DNA of 64,000 nucleotides from NCBI GenBank assembly GCA_012295275.1, contig CM022679.1, positions 22,382,001 through 22,446,000 of the forward strand, given 5' to 3'. Origin of the DNA: Chrysomallon squamiferum (lineage: Eukaryota; Animalia; Mollusca). A program made the translations under genes and the position numbers. This document shows, piece after piece, positions 13,001 to 27,700 of the stretch (positions within the stretch are counted from its first letter, which is position 1; every line of letters starts with the position of its first letter). The notes beneath the pieces were generated by a model that made no database searches, had not been told where the DNA came from, and was given only the letters and a program-made list of their open reading frames with translations.

Positions 13001-15760
13001 TTGTTGACACAATCTTCATCGTGGACGAGGAACTGGTATAGGACACAGTTGTGTTGGTGAATGTTGCCACAGGAGATGTTGAATTGCGTCTGTCAGGAAA
13101 CAGCTGTCGAGGGACATTCTTGTCCCCAATCCCAGGCACGGGGGAGCCAGTCTGACCTTGGTTAGATGAAGACATCTGTTTCTGAGGGCTTCGTCTTGGT
13201 GATGAGGGAGCTGCTTGAGTTGGATGTGGATTCTGCCAAATCATCGACTGCGATACCGAATTGGATCCTGAAGACTTAGCACTGTTGGAGGCTTGACTGG
13301 AACTAGAGGCTCTACTGCCACCCAAATTTTTCGACGACTTGGTAGATGTTCCACTCTGGGAGTAGACTTGAGATGGGATTGGATCATTTGATCCAGGTGA
13401 TGTTACACTGAATGTCCCAATTGCAAAATCCCCAATGGTCACAACAGAAGGAGCCTTCTCTGGTGGCTTGGCTTTGCCTCGAGCAATTATTTCTGTAAGT
13501 TCCTTGTCTGGTTCTTGAACAAGTGCCATTATCAGGGCCTGAGCCTGTCTGGTGCTCTCAGCTGATCCTCTGCAAGAAACACAAGTTAACATTTTATAAT
13601 TTACAATCTCCATAATGAAAGACATCAACATAAATAATTTAAAATGCCAAACCAAACAGTGTTATGCAGACTGTTGTACATTATCATAAAAAATATAATT
13701 CTTTACTTTACACAGGCTAAAAAAAAACTCTTTAAAAATAACTTACTATTTAAAAAAGCCATGCTTCCTTATTACTTAATAAATATTTTAAACAGATTTT
13801 TTTTACAAAATGTGCATTAGAATTTTGGAAAATCCTTATTTAAATGCTGCTCTTACTTGATGGTGATAGTTCTGTCTCCTGAACCTTTTGGTTTCTCCAC
13901 CTCTACATGTGCTCCCGACACCTCTCGGATGGCATTGATGTTGCACCCACCACGACCTATAACTCGACTGATGGCACTTGATGGAACAAGCACCCGCTTG
14001 GACCTGGGAGTAGAAACAGAGTGCCTATGGGGCAATTAGCTTGAAACTCATGAATAAGGAGAAGTGGGGAAAGATTTTAGTGAACAAAAGAAAAAAAAAA
14101 AGAAAAGAAGATGAAATTTATAAAATAAAGTTTGTGATTCCTACAATCTACTGCCACATCATTACAGAAATCATCAAATCAAAATAAAATGTTAGATCAA
14201 AGATAAGCATATTTACAACTGTTTTTAATTATGTAAAGTAAATAAATAAATAAATAAAATAAGAAACAAACAAACGAAACAAAAAATCCACGAAGCCTCC
14301 CCAATAAAAAACCAAAAACAATGACAAATTATTATATATTCAACCTAACAATTCATACTAACAAAAAGCCATAATCAATTAAAAAAATTGTAATAAATAA
14401 TAAAACAAATAACTATATAGCAATCCTAGCCTGATAGCAGAATAACAAGTGTCAGTAGGACATAATTTTTTTGCTAACAGAAAGACACATCACACTGACA
14501 CTCACTTTCTTACAACTTCTTTCCAGCCCTCTTCTTTCTTGCTACCACGTTTTGGACTAGCTACTACTGCTGATCCTTTCAGAGAAAGAGTATTGGGTGA
14601 TGTGTCAATAGAACTGATTTTGTCAGAGGTGGAGTACGATGATTGTTGTCTGAAAACCCATTTTAAAATAGAATAAAAAGAATATGTATATATATATATA
14701 TATGCATCTGACAGTGTTGTTAAGCAGACAAGCAAAACAATAAACAAACATGACAAAGACAAATACGTATGTACAGTTATCACAGCTTTAAAGTAAATGG
14801 CAAAACAAAGTTTAACAACTGTGCTTAATGTTACTATGAATTAATGAAAACATTTAAAGCAAAACCATACACCATGAAACAAGAGCATGGACATTAATAT
14901 TAATTTAAGAAATCATTCGGTACTGTTAAATAACAACAATAAACAACAAAGATGACTTACACATTATTCATTTTCTTTTTCTCCACACTCTTGGTAAGCT
15001 TCTGAATTTCTTTCTCAGACATTTTCATGTTATCAGGAATAGTTCCGAACTCATCTAGATCACCAATAGCTAATAAACATAATAAAATAATTAAAAAAAA
15101 AGAAAGTAAGCTACACAAACATGTAAAATATATTGTAAAGATATCTGCAGAATATATTAATTTCTGTTACTTTTGTTGCCAGTTAAATTTTTCTGAATAT
15201 TCTAAATATTGTATTGTTCTATTATAGACACATTCTTTCTCTTTAAATTAAAAAACAGTCTATAACAAAACTTTCATATCATATAAGCTGTTGTGCTAAA
15301 AACAAAAATAAAAAAATAAAAAGATAAAAACAGATAAAGATCTGCCATCCTACCTGTTGTACTGACTGGTTTTATTAAAAGATCGTTCTTCTTTTTACGG
15401 TTCTCTGTCCGCTCCCTGTTTCGTTCTCTATGGTGATTGCTGTGCCCGTGAGATGTAGGACTGACCACCACTGTCACAGTGCTGGTGGTGATCACTGGTG
15501 TCACCACTGTCGTGACATTGCACACGATTGCAGGTACACGTGGAGAACCCATGTCTGATGGGGGGGTGTCCCTGTCCCTGTCTCGAATCTTGTTTTTCTT
15601 GTTCTTCTTTGACTCGAGACTGTTTGAATTGGCGGCCGAGGATGCATTTTTGTTAGGTTTGGTTCCTGCAGGTTTTGGTTCTTGGTTGGTTGAAACTGTT
15701 TCAGTTTCTGTGAAAATAATTAAAACATTTTTGAAAAAGAAATATTATTTATCTGGTCTA

Positions 15761-15791
<31 letters not shown>

Positions 15792-18700
15792 CACATGTTT
15801 GTAATTTTATCTACCAATAAATGAATAAAACAACAGACTAGTTAAAGGTGAATAAACAACTTTTAATCTTCGATTTATATTTATAAAATAGTATATATTT
15901 CCACAAAATGGAAAAAAGTGTAATTAAAAAAAGATGAAATAGAGTTTTAACAATTACTTCCAAAATGTTACAAAATCCTGGTAAATGTATCTACTCATTT
16001 CTGAAAACACCCAAGTTACAAGGAAGCAGAAGAAATCATAATATATTAAAAAAGTATGGTTCTTAAACTGTGGTTTCAAGTAATATAGATACTTACTTAT
16101 CTCAATGATAGGTGGAGGTGGTGGCAACTCTTCTGGAACAATTTCTTCAACTTCATTATACTCCACTACTTCTGCACTTTCAGGTTCTGGTGAAGAGTTC
16201 TTACTGCTATGAAACAGAAAGAAAAAAACTAACTTTATTTACCTGTTTTTCTTAACCAGTCTTTGCTAATGTTAAAGTAGGACAATAAAGAAACTATCTC
16301 AATAAGATCAAGTTTTATTTTTTGTTGTTGTTCTTGCTGTGATGTCAGTGTTAAATGGCAGTATCCTCAATATTCAAATCTGTCTGTTAGGAATTGCAAT
16401 ATTTAAAACAAACAAAAACACCTCCAAAAAACAAATATATTGGAAAGAAAAATACATTACACTTTGCATTTTGTCATTTTGTCAGAATCATAAAGCATTA
16501 TCAGCAAAATTTGATCGACAGACAAGAGACGAAAAAATATTTACTTCAAGTGTTCTAAAATGAACTTAGAAGCATACAAAACTATCACCTGTAAGCATAT
16601 AAAATATATCTAGCTTATTTGTTTGGTATACTAAGCTACTCACCTCGATTCTTTTTCTTTCTCCAGCTTCTCTTTACGTTTTCTCTTGCGACGCTCTCGT
16701 TTCTTCGCTGCTTGGGCCTTCCTGTTCTCTTCCACCTGTCTCTCCTTGTCAATCTCCTCCAATAGGATAGTGGCGTTTTTATTGGCCTCAGCAGCCTGTC
16801 GATCCTTGGCAGTTACTATGGTCTCCATGCACTGCTGACATTTCTTCTGCAATTCCTGTACAACAGAAGAAGAAAACCATTTTAAGAGACTATTTTAAAA
16901 TATATATAGCATCTTAAACTAGTTAAAAAACAATGCAAAAAATCTATAAATGAATTTAAAAAATCTTAATAGTTGTTTTCAGTGAATTGAACAGTGTGTC
17001 TTCAAAAAAAAAAATTAAATGCTAAATTCTGTAGCAGCATGGTAGTCATGTGTTACAATATAAAATGTTGTTCGGAATTATAAATTTTTAAAGGAACAAT
17101 AAATAAAAAACATATAATTTTACACTTTAAGTCTAATGATTAAACAGATTCAACAAAAACACAACCTCAGTCCTTAGTTTCTAGATATTAACATTATCCC
17201 CTCCAACCCCCCCCCAAAAACCAAACAATTTAAATAACCGTAAAATGTCTTCCATTTTACCCACTTACCTTATCATTAACAGTTGCTATATAGCGCTGTA
17301 GCTCAGTATCTGATGGAAACTGACTGACATGTTTCACCATCCACTTAACAACTTTGACATGTCCTTTTCTAAATGCAGCCATCAAACAGGAAACTTTGCG
17401 ATTGTCTTGGCTGTCAATGTCTGCTCCAGCTGATACTAACAGCTGTACCACATCTAGATGACCACCTGCATTAAAAAAGATAATACAAAAATGAAAACAA
17501 AACAGAAAGGAAAGAAAACAAATATATCTGGAAGAGGTGAACAATATTGAATCTAAGGTTACAGCATTGTATTGAGGATATGAGTAAATGCTGTAAAGAG
17601 TAGCAACAAAAACAAAGACACTTGAGAGAGAGAGAGAGATTGTTTGTGTGTGTGAATAATGAAACAAAGTGCAATAAAAATAAAAAATAAAACCATGACA
17701 TTTCTTTATTGTTGATTACATTTAAATTTTAAGAAAACATATTCTTGCTTGTTTTCACTCACAAGTTTAACCTATTTCACTTACCATTACATGCTAGCCA
17801 AAGTGGAGAATTGCCCTTCTTGTTTTTCACATCAACTGATGCCCCCCTGAAACATTTGCAAATGGGTAAGAAATTGAAATATAAGCATTTGATCTTCATG
17901 CTTTCTAAAATCTACTTGAATTTTTTTGGCCTCTATCTGTAAATCAGTTCTTGATGCCCATGAGAGTTGTTAATAACATTTAAAATAATAAAGGAAAAAA
18001 TACCAAAAGTTTTTAAAAATTAAAATTACTTTTTAATTATGGAATATAATCAATTAGCTAATTGTGATTTTATCAAGCTGACAACTATTATATAAATAAT
18101 CATTAATAAATATGCATCTATTTTACATATTCAGCATACTGATATTTTTTCAGAAATGTATAGATTACAACCGTATTATTGTTACTGACACCTGTATTTT
18201 AACATCACTCTCACCTATTAAGCAACAACTCGACAAATCGGTAATGGCCTTTATCTGCAGCTATTGTCAGTGCAGTATCACGGGATGATGGAACTGGTGG
18301 AGCATTTACGTCAGCCCCTCTCTCTAACAGAACACGCCCAACCTCTACATAACCCCCTGATGCAGCCTCCATTAGTGGTGTTAAGCCAGTCTATTAAAGT
18401 TATAAAACAAATTTAAATACACCTTTGACCAGAATTTTTTTTTATCTGTAACTGTGTTTTTAAAAATATTGCTAATGATGGGGAAATAATATGTGATATA
18501 TATAAAAGTGTAAATGTTTTTCATATTTATAAACCATGGAATGTATTAAGCTTTATTAAAGAACTTTCTAAATTTCATAGTCGCACTAATCAAAATTCAA
18601 AAAAATTTCAGTATGTGGATTTATTTTCTTTCTTGCTTTAGAATGCAACAATCTGAATCTTTTTTCATGTTTGTGAGTGTTTATCTCACATTATAAAATA

Positions 18701-21700
18701 CATACAATGCAAATTAAAAGAAAAAAAAGAAAAAAAGAATTTTTGGTTTTAACAAACAAAAACTAAACAATGTTCTCTACCTTTGCTCGATGTTCAATAT
18801 TTGCTTTGCGGTCAACCAGTAAGCTGACCACTTCATGTCGACCCTGGAAACAGGCCAGAGTGAGTGCAGTGTTTCTGTTGGTTTCAATCTGAGCATTGAT
18901 ATCACTGCCCATGTCCAGCAGCAACTTGACTGCTGCAGTGTGACCATTCATTGCGGCCAACATCAGTGGTGAAATGCCCAACTTACTGCCTGTCCTGCAA
19001 AATTAAAATCATCTGTTAACAGTGATACGAAGGAATCAGACCTGGATGGAGTTGAACAGTACCCGTTCATTATCGAATTTGACATTTATGTTATAAGATT
19101 ATATCCTGGAAATTGACCTACTAAGAGATAAGAAAGAAAAATAATAATAAAGAAAATGATAATTAATAATAATAATGATAATAAAAATAATAAGTATACA
19201 AATAAATAAACCAATAAGTAATTAACTAATAAAAATAAAATAACTATATTAATAAACAAATAAATTTAAAAATAAATATGAATATTTTCTAGAAGTCACA
19301 TACCTAGAATTGATCTCTGCCCCGTGAGACAACAGAAGTTTGATGATATTCACGTATCCTCCAGAAGCGGCAAGACTCAGTGGGGTGTAATCCGATACAT
19401 TCCTGTGTTCCTTGTTAGCTTGCTTTGCCAGCAGCAATTCAACAACCTGAAATAGAGCCAATGAAAAATTCTTTTTAACATGTATTGAAGAGTTCAAATA
19501 TATGTTATCAAAAATCTTAAAAGCTAGCATGATAAGTGCTATCGCATGAAGATATTATGGAATACTTATTCTTTTTATGATTACATATAAATACACTAGC
19601 CTCTTACCATTCTCTGAAATTGATTATCATGTTTATAAATACTCTATACACACTAACCTCGTATCTTCCACCAGAGCAAGCAAGAGATAAAGGGGTGTCC
19701 TTTGTTCTTTCAGACTGGGCTTCAATGTCAGCGCTGTTGTCCAGCAGAATCTCCACCACATCAACATGTCCAGCTGTAGCAGCAAGAATCAGTGGGGTGA
19801 AACCTGCAGAATGTACAGAAATACAGATAATTAATATTATTGCATTTATAAAAATAAATAAATAAATTAAAAACAGAAATTTTATTTTGTAAGTGAAATA
19901 GATTTTATATAGAGACTTAACAGAGATAAATGAATAAGATTACACAAGTTTTATTTGCTTAATTTTTATGCTGAAAAATCGAGAAATTGCTTAGTTCCCA
20001 GTGTAACTGAAACTTAACATTACTTGATTTACAAACCTTTCTTATCACGGTGTTCAATGTCTGAGCCTTTTGTCAGCAACAGATTCACAAGCTCAGCATG
20101 GCCGCCAGCACAGGCCAGGGTCAAGGCTGTATCGTGATTGCTCTCCGTTTCTGCATCGACATCCACTGAGGAGTAGAGTGGAGTCAGACTCTGTGGTGAC
20201 GCTGGTGATGGGTTAGGTGTCACTGGAGTTGACGGAGGTGGAGATGTCATAACAGGAGCGTTTGGTGGGACGGCCACGTCGTCGACTTGGTTTTGATTGG
20301 GACGCAGTTTGCGAGGTTGTTTGTTGTTTGGATTGGCCGGTTGTTTGAGTTTGTTAAGCTGCGGTTGGAGGAGATGTTGAGGTTGCTGCTGTTGCAGATG
20401 CTGAGCTTGCTGCTGTTGTTGAAGGAACTGCTGCTGCTGCTGCTGAGTCAGCGACTGTGGGGTCTAAATAACATGGAATTTTTTTTTTTAAATAAAAAAT
20501 ACTCAAAACAATTCAAAAAACAAAACAAAAATAAATTATAATTTCTATTGCATAGCACACTAAATTAAAACAATTTTAATTAATAAATATCTATAGATTT
20601 TCACTACGTTTTATTTCTGTGTGTAATTTATTTATCCAGAAAATCAAACTGATCAGTGGTTTTCAAACCACAGGTTAGTAAATTTACAGTGGCCTATGTC
20701 TAATTTAATAAATAAATATATAATAATGAAAAACCAAGAACAAATGAAACCAAAAAAACCCACTTAGTTTAGAGATGAGTGTATTTTCATTTATTATTTT
20801 AAGTCTGTTGGGTAATGAACAAAAATTGAAAAAAACCACTCCAAATAATTATATTATTTATAGATAAACCTGACAGTAAAGCAATTAAAAAAAAAAAAAA
20901 AATAATAATAATAATAAAAAGTAGAGATTATCCATATGATTTTAACTATAATAATATAATAAAAACAAAAAACAAATAAAAATATATAAATTTAAATTAA
21001 AAAAAAGGAATAATAAAATTTAAATATCACCTGGAGATAATCTAAATGTTTTTGACTGCCATAAATAATAATAATAATAATAATAATCATAATCATAAAA
21101 TGGAAATGTCACATATAGATTTTATAAATAGTTTTACCTGAAGTGCTTGTTGTTGTTGTTGTTGGGTGTTGGGAAGGAGGTGGTGGGGCTGGGTGAACTG
21201 CTGGTTGGTGGACAACTGCTGTTGGTAGGACGGCTGACTCAACACATGTTGTAGCAACTGCTCCTGCTGCTGGGCTGTCAGCTGAAGCTGAGGGAAGCTT
21301 AATGGCTGCAAGTGCTGTTGCTGTTGCTGAGCTAATACCTGCAACTGCTGTCGCTGAGCCACTTCTACCGTCATTTGTGAGGTAACTGTCGACTGCATAA
21401 CATCTTGAGACTGAGTTCCTAAAATTTAAAAAACTTCTACTTGTTTAAGAACCAAAACAAACACTAAGAAGCATAGCACTTTTTTTTTTATTAATTAATT
21501 TCGAATTTAAACAGACAGAAACACACATGAAAACTAGAGTAATTTTGAGTTTGTCTTTAAACATTTCTAAAAACAAATTCTACATTTTTGTGTACATAAT
21601 CAGGTTCTTACCAGGGATAACAGTTCTGTTTTCCTGTACAGCCATCATTGCCCCATTGTTTTGATTCAGCATATTGTTTTGTCGCAGGAAAGCTTCAGTG

Positions 21701-24700
21701 TAGTGTGGCAGCAAGGACTGGGTGATTGCTGTTAGTTCTTTTGGCAACTGGGACGTGATATCATTTGTAAGTTGCAGATCAGAAGCCTCAACATCCAAGA
21801 CATTCTGAGACTGACTAGAACCATCAGCTTTCTTTTTACCTTCCTCTGCCTGTCCTTTACCCTGTGTCACACTCTTTGCTTTCGTGGCTGTCTGCGCCAG
21901 AAGCTGTTGTTGGTGTTGCTCCAGCTGCTGTTGGGCACTGAGCAGAAGTTGTGCCTGGGCTTTCTCCTGCAGTTCTCGTTCCACTTTCTGCAGTTCTTCG
22001 AGAATCTGCTGCTTTCTCAAGATCTGTTCCTCTTTCGATGCAGTTGTCGTGTTGATCAGTTCCTTGGCCATGATGTTGTTGATGATGGCTTCCACTTTTT
22101 CTGTTGCTTTCTCGTCTCCCAGTTCTGCAAGGAAATTGCCATCATGTGTGGGCTGCTGCAAACCTTCTGCAATCAATGTATTACTGAGCTTGGCAAACTT
22201 TCCCTCACCCTGGCCATTCAGGCATCTTTTGGCTAGAGTTTTTTGGATATTCTGGCGAACCTGTTCTGGATTTTTCCCTAAATAATTTTTGATACTTAAT
22301 TTTTATACAATTCAACAACAACAAACTACTGCTAAAAAAAATAACTTTATAATCTATTTATAAAAGATACTGGTATATATATATATATATATTTTTATAT
22401 ATATATATATATATATAGCAATACCTCAAATTGACTTTTGTTATCAGATGAGGTAAATTTATTGTGGAGTGTAACATTTTAGCTACATTGAGATTACATT
22501 TGATAAACTGCCATTTTCAGAGTATCTTTGATTGTCCACGACATACAATGGAACCTCCATATTGAACTCTTTTTTAGAAATATATTAGGTATGATGCTAT
22601 TTTGCTGTACATTTTAGCTACAATTAATTGTTATTTCATTTTATAAATTTCAATGTGTTTTTGGCTGTCCTCGACATTTAATGGGAACCTCCGTATTTGA
22701 CTTTCTTTTTAATGTATGTGTGGCAGTACAGGAAAACCCACCAGAAATTGCTGGGAGTTTTATGAAGACTAAAGGCCAAAATAAGTTATTAAGTCACAGC
22801 TAGTTTGTTCTGACAGTTTTTGCTTATATTATCATAAGAAGATTAAAGTTTATTGTCCTAAAAGGAAAATTTAATACATGCACTATAAAATGTGTTTTTT
22901 GGTTAATTTTGTATGTTTAATTAAATCTATTTTAATAAATTTTCTAAAAAAATAAAAAATAATAATTAAAAAAAAAAAAAAAAAAAAAAAAAATGTTTTT
23001 AGATTTTACCACATTCTGAGTATCTTTTTTCATTGTCTATATATACATGTCACATATCACTATAATGGTTGTGAAACTACCTATGACCCCTACTGCCACT
23101 AAGCATAAACATATTGTTTACAATACTATTGTGCATTCTGCCAATCATTTTCAGTGTCACATTTTTCATAAAATTTACTAACATTTGTAACAGTATCAAA
23201 ACTTATCGACTTAGAATAGAGAGAAACAGCTAAAAATATTTGTTTTGTTTTATGTTATACGAGATTGCTCTTTTTTCACTTCTTTTTCTCTGTATCGAAA
23301 ACTATTTTCAACATGTATTCAACATGGTTAAAACATTTAATAAATAATAAAATCGTTACTGTTTTAGATGATGAAACATTTTTCAAAAGTTTAGTTTTTC
23401 TGCAGTTTTGTCTGAAAAATGTCTATCTTCTTTTCCAAACAGAAAATATCAAATACTTAAAAATGATTTTAACTGGTAATTAGCTACAGCTTTCAATAAT
23501 GTCAAACCCCAAACATTTATTTTTGCCAATGTGAAGGGTTTTCCTAGACTGCCACATACATGACATATTTTTACTAGTTTACAGCAGGAAAAGCATTAGC
23601 ATTTTAGTAAATGTATTTAAAAATAATACCTGAAAAATTTGGTATAAAATTGGTCTTTGGAAGCTGAGAATCTGGCTCACTGGGAGGAACGATGTTGGCT
23701 AAACCCTGAACTGGAACTCTGGGCTGGAATAACAAAAGTTAAAATGTTGCTAAAACTGAAATTACACTAAAATGTTTATAAAAATAGTTTTAACAAATAA
23801 TAATATCAATTAATCATTATGTTTTTAAAAACTTGGAACTGAAAATATTGGTTTATATTGTTATAAACAAAAGGTAAATGAACACATTTTTTTTTTTCTG
23901 TTCTAAAAAGTTACCTATTTTCATATTTTACTGTTTTTATTATTTAACATATTTTATTTTATTTGGCAGAAGACCCGTGGGCCAATACCTCATCTGTATT
24001 TTGTTCATTAGATGCAAGCTGAACATGTTCTGGTGAGTTGACAAGATGATGGTTAGGCCATTCCAGCAGAAGTTTCACAACCTGGGTATGCCCTCCTTTT
24101 GCAGCTTCTATCACCATAGTGGAGCCATCCTGAAAAACACAAAACAAAAACATTGTAATAAAGTTACCCAACAAAATGGTGTATTCAAAGTAGGTATTTT
24201 GAAGATTTTTAACTCCTAATATTAATAAAAAAATGTTTAGAAGATGTCAGTATTTTTCTAAATGTTTAAACAAAATTGTGTAATGACATCTAAATTTGGC
24301 AGATCTTTCGTACTGTAAAATAATAATAATAATAATAATAATAATTTACAATTCTCATTATTATTATATTTTAAATTTGTTATGATTACCATTCAGAATA
24401 AAACGAAATTACTGCTGTTTGTATTTATTGGTTTCTTTATTTCCACAACGTCAACAGCAGCCTGAAATAACTTTCAAAACTTTGCTAAAATGATTTTTGT
24501 TAATATGCTTTAAACATTAATCAATAATAATAAAAAAAGAGTTTAGATTTATAATCATATAGATATTTATCTGAAAATAAACCACTATACCTTTAGCTTG
24601 TGGCTGGAATCTGCACCATGAGCTAGTAACAGTTCAACCACTGCCAAGTGACCCCCAGCACAGGCAAGAGACAATACTGTGTGGTCATTGGTTGTTGTTG

Positions 24701-27700
24701 CCCTGTTTACATCAGCACCTAAATAAAACCAAAACAGTAACAGATATTAACTTATCTTATTCAATAAAGAGAAGACAAAAAACACACCATACAGGAGAAG
24801 AATTTTTTAACAGCTACAATTCATATGAAACCTAGTGTTTGCTGATAGTGTTTGTGTTGGTCCCTAATTAAATAACTGTGCATAATACATTAAGAAGACT
24901 TGTTTTTTTTTAAACACCTATCATTTGCTGATTTTATTTATCCTGGGATGCAAACTGAATTAGTGTGCATCATACATTAAACAATTCTTTTGGATGATTT
25001 AATACAGAGGTCACATGTTAGAACTGTAACAGATATTTAAATAAATTATGGAGACTTTTCCTAAAATCTACCATCTATCTGAAACCAGCATTTGCTGATT
25101 ACATTTGTGTTTGGATGTAAGTTAAATATATTATACATTAAACCATTCTTTAGAATGGTTTAATACACAGGTCACACTAAAACTGTAACTGATATAGAAA
25201 AGAAATAAAAATATTTCAGTGTCTAAAAAAAAAAAAAAAAACTGACAACATGACAGAGGAGATGGGATGAGACAGAATGATGCATTTACCTTTTCTAATA
25301 AGAAACTGCACAGTACACAAATGGCCAGCTCTAGCAGCTTTCATTAGTGGTGTCCTACCTCCTTCAGACTCATGTTCCTGTACAAAAAAATAAACAATGT
25401 AATTAAATTATATTATTATTATTTATAATAATAATAAGAATAACAACAATGTTAATGATTGTGAAATTTGCATAGTCACTGCATATTAGGCTTTAATATA
25501 TATTTTTTTTCAGAACAAATTTACACAAGGTATCCTATATTTTGTTTTTATGCAATCAGATGGGTTGAAATACAGTGGAAAAAAAATATATATATAATTT
25601 ACCAAATCAGCTCCATGCTCTAACAGAACCTCAGCAACATCAGTGTGTCCATTCTCACATGCATATGTTAGTGCAGTATCACCAGTTCCTGTTTGTGCAT
25701 GTACCTTGGCATCTGCAAAATTATTTTATGTATTTCAATTTAAAAATTGTGATTTCAAAATACATTAATAACAACAACAACAATAATAATAATGATAATA
25801 ACTGTATTTATTAAAATAAACCCTATTTTACTAAATAATAATAATAAATTGTACTGAAGCATTTTAAAAAATAGAAATCTTCCGTTTTAATTCAGGGCCA
25901 TATATATTTTTAGCTTGTTTGGTTCTGTGGTATTATTGTTCAGTTAATCTAACTAATTCATAGAAAATGACTAGTTCTTTCATTTTAAAACAGTCTCTTT
26001 TAATTTTTTCTTCTGACCCCTTTTTCATTTTTGCACCTTTTTTGCTTAAATTTTTTTTTATCCCCACCAAAAAATCACAAAAAAAAGCATTAATAATAAT
26101 TTCAAATTTAGAGCGTACTTGACTTCAGCAGGTAGTTGACAAGCTCTAAATGTCCTTCCTGTGCTGCTTCCATCAATGGTGTACTGCAGCCGAGTTCAAT
26201 GTCTGCCCCAGCCTGGATGAGAAAATCTGCTACTTCAAGAAATCCACCACAACATGCAAGAGTTAACGCTGTCTCCTGAGTTTCTTCTGTTTGACCATTA
26301 ATGTATGCATCTGGAAATAAAAATGTATTGATTCAAAGTATGTATGTAATATCCAACATCCTAGTATCAGCTTGTAACATACATTTTTTATAGGGATAAT
26401 TAGAAGACTTAAGTGCTGAAAGACAAAGGTGTTTCGTTTGTTAGATTCATGCATTTTAAAGCATCAGTGAGTGACAGTTCATGTTCAGTGCAATGTATTT
26501 TAAAGATTAACTTTCTACAGATTCAGAACAATTGCTGAAATACCATTCTGTTCAGTTTTCTCAGAGCAATTACTGGGTTTGAACAAAGGTTCTTAGTCCA
26601 ATTCATAGTCAAAATGATGCCATGTTCTGGAAGGATGGAATCAGGAAGCTGCCTCAAAGATGGAGAACGATATTGGAGCAAATTGGTACACAAGTGGTTG
26701 AATAAATCTATGTATTTTTATGGTCCACATATGCCATTATTTCAAAGTTGTCTTTGAATTTCACTAAACAAAATTCTGTGAACTTTTATTCCAAACCAAT
26801 ATTTTAATACCGTAATGAGCAGCGTTTCAAGGTTAACCTAGATTTTTCATTAGTGGTTTGGAAAAGAGGTGTCACTGTTATCAAAGTATGATGCAATAAA
26901 ATTATTGCAGAAAACTAAAATAATTTAATAAAATATTTCTGACATACTGTGAGACAACAAGAGTACAACCATTTCATCATGACCCTCCCTGGCAGCCTCC
27001 ATCAAAGGTGTGTAACCCTCATCATTAACCTCCTCTATGTTGGCTCCTCGTTCTATCAACAGACTAGCTAGATCAACATGGCCTCCACAAGCAGCCAGGG
27101 TCAGGGGAGATTCAAAACTATCAGCTGGCATATTAACCTATAATGTAAGTATTATATTACTGTCTTGAAGAAAAATAATAATAATAATAATAATAAAAAT
27201 TAAAAATTACTTTAAAAAAATACAGAAATAATTAAACTTCAAAAATAAAATTAGGATCATAACATTATATTACATTCCTTTAATTAAAATGGTGCAATAC
27301 TAAATTTTTACAGTCCACCTATGCCATTAATTAACTGGATACATTAATAAAACTGCTGCAACAAAAAGAAGAAAATAGCTACAGCACAAACACTTTAGTA
27401 ATTAGTGTCTTGAAAAAGAAAAGAAAAATTTAATACCAACTTTTTTTTACCATTAATCCACTACCAAGTCACAAAAACAAAAAACCAGGAACATAAATAA
27501 TCCGAATTAAAAAAACATTAGTAGAGAATGAAAATCTTTTTATCATTAGCTATCCATGTCAACTGTAGATGTGGCTGAAACAAGCCATGTTACAAATAAT
27601 ATGATATATTTGTTTTACCTGAGCCCCACTATCCAACAGCAGTCTAGCCACCTCGACATGACCATCCATGGACGCTTCCATCAAAGCAGTGTGCATTTCA

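Noticed and set aside
19021-19090. CpG-containing intronic segment resembling a C/D snoRNA (ATAATGA..CTGA on minus)
   Set aside because: Imperfect C box, box spacing too short, no terminal stem seen
21772-22285. 154-aa and 133-aa plus-strand ORFs
   Set aside because: Antisense to the Gln-rich Mask exon 15
22480-22710. Two diverged copies of ttttagctaca..cgacat..atggaacctcc
   Set aside because: Ordinary local intronic duplication with no evidence of function
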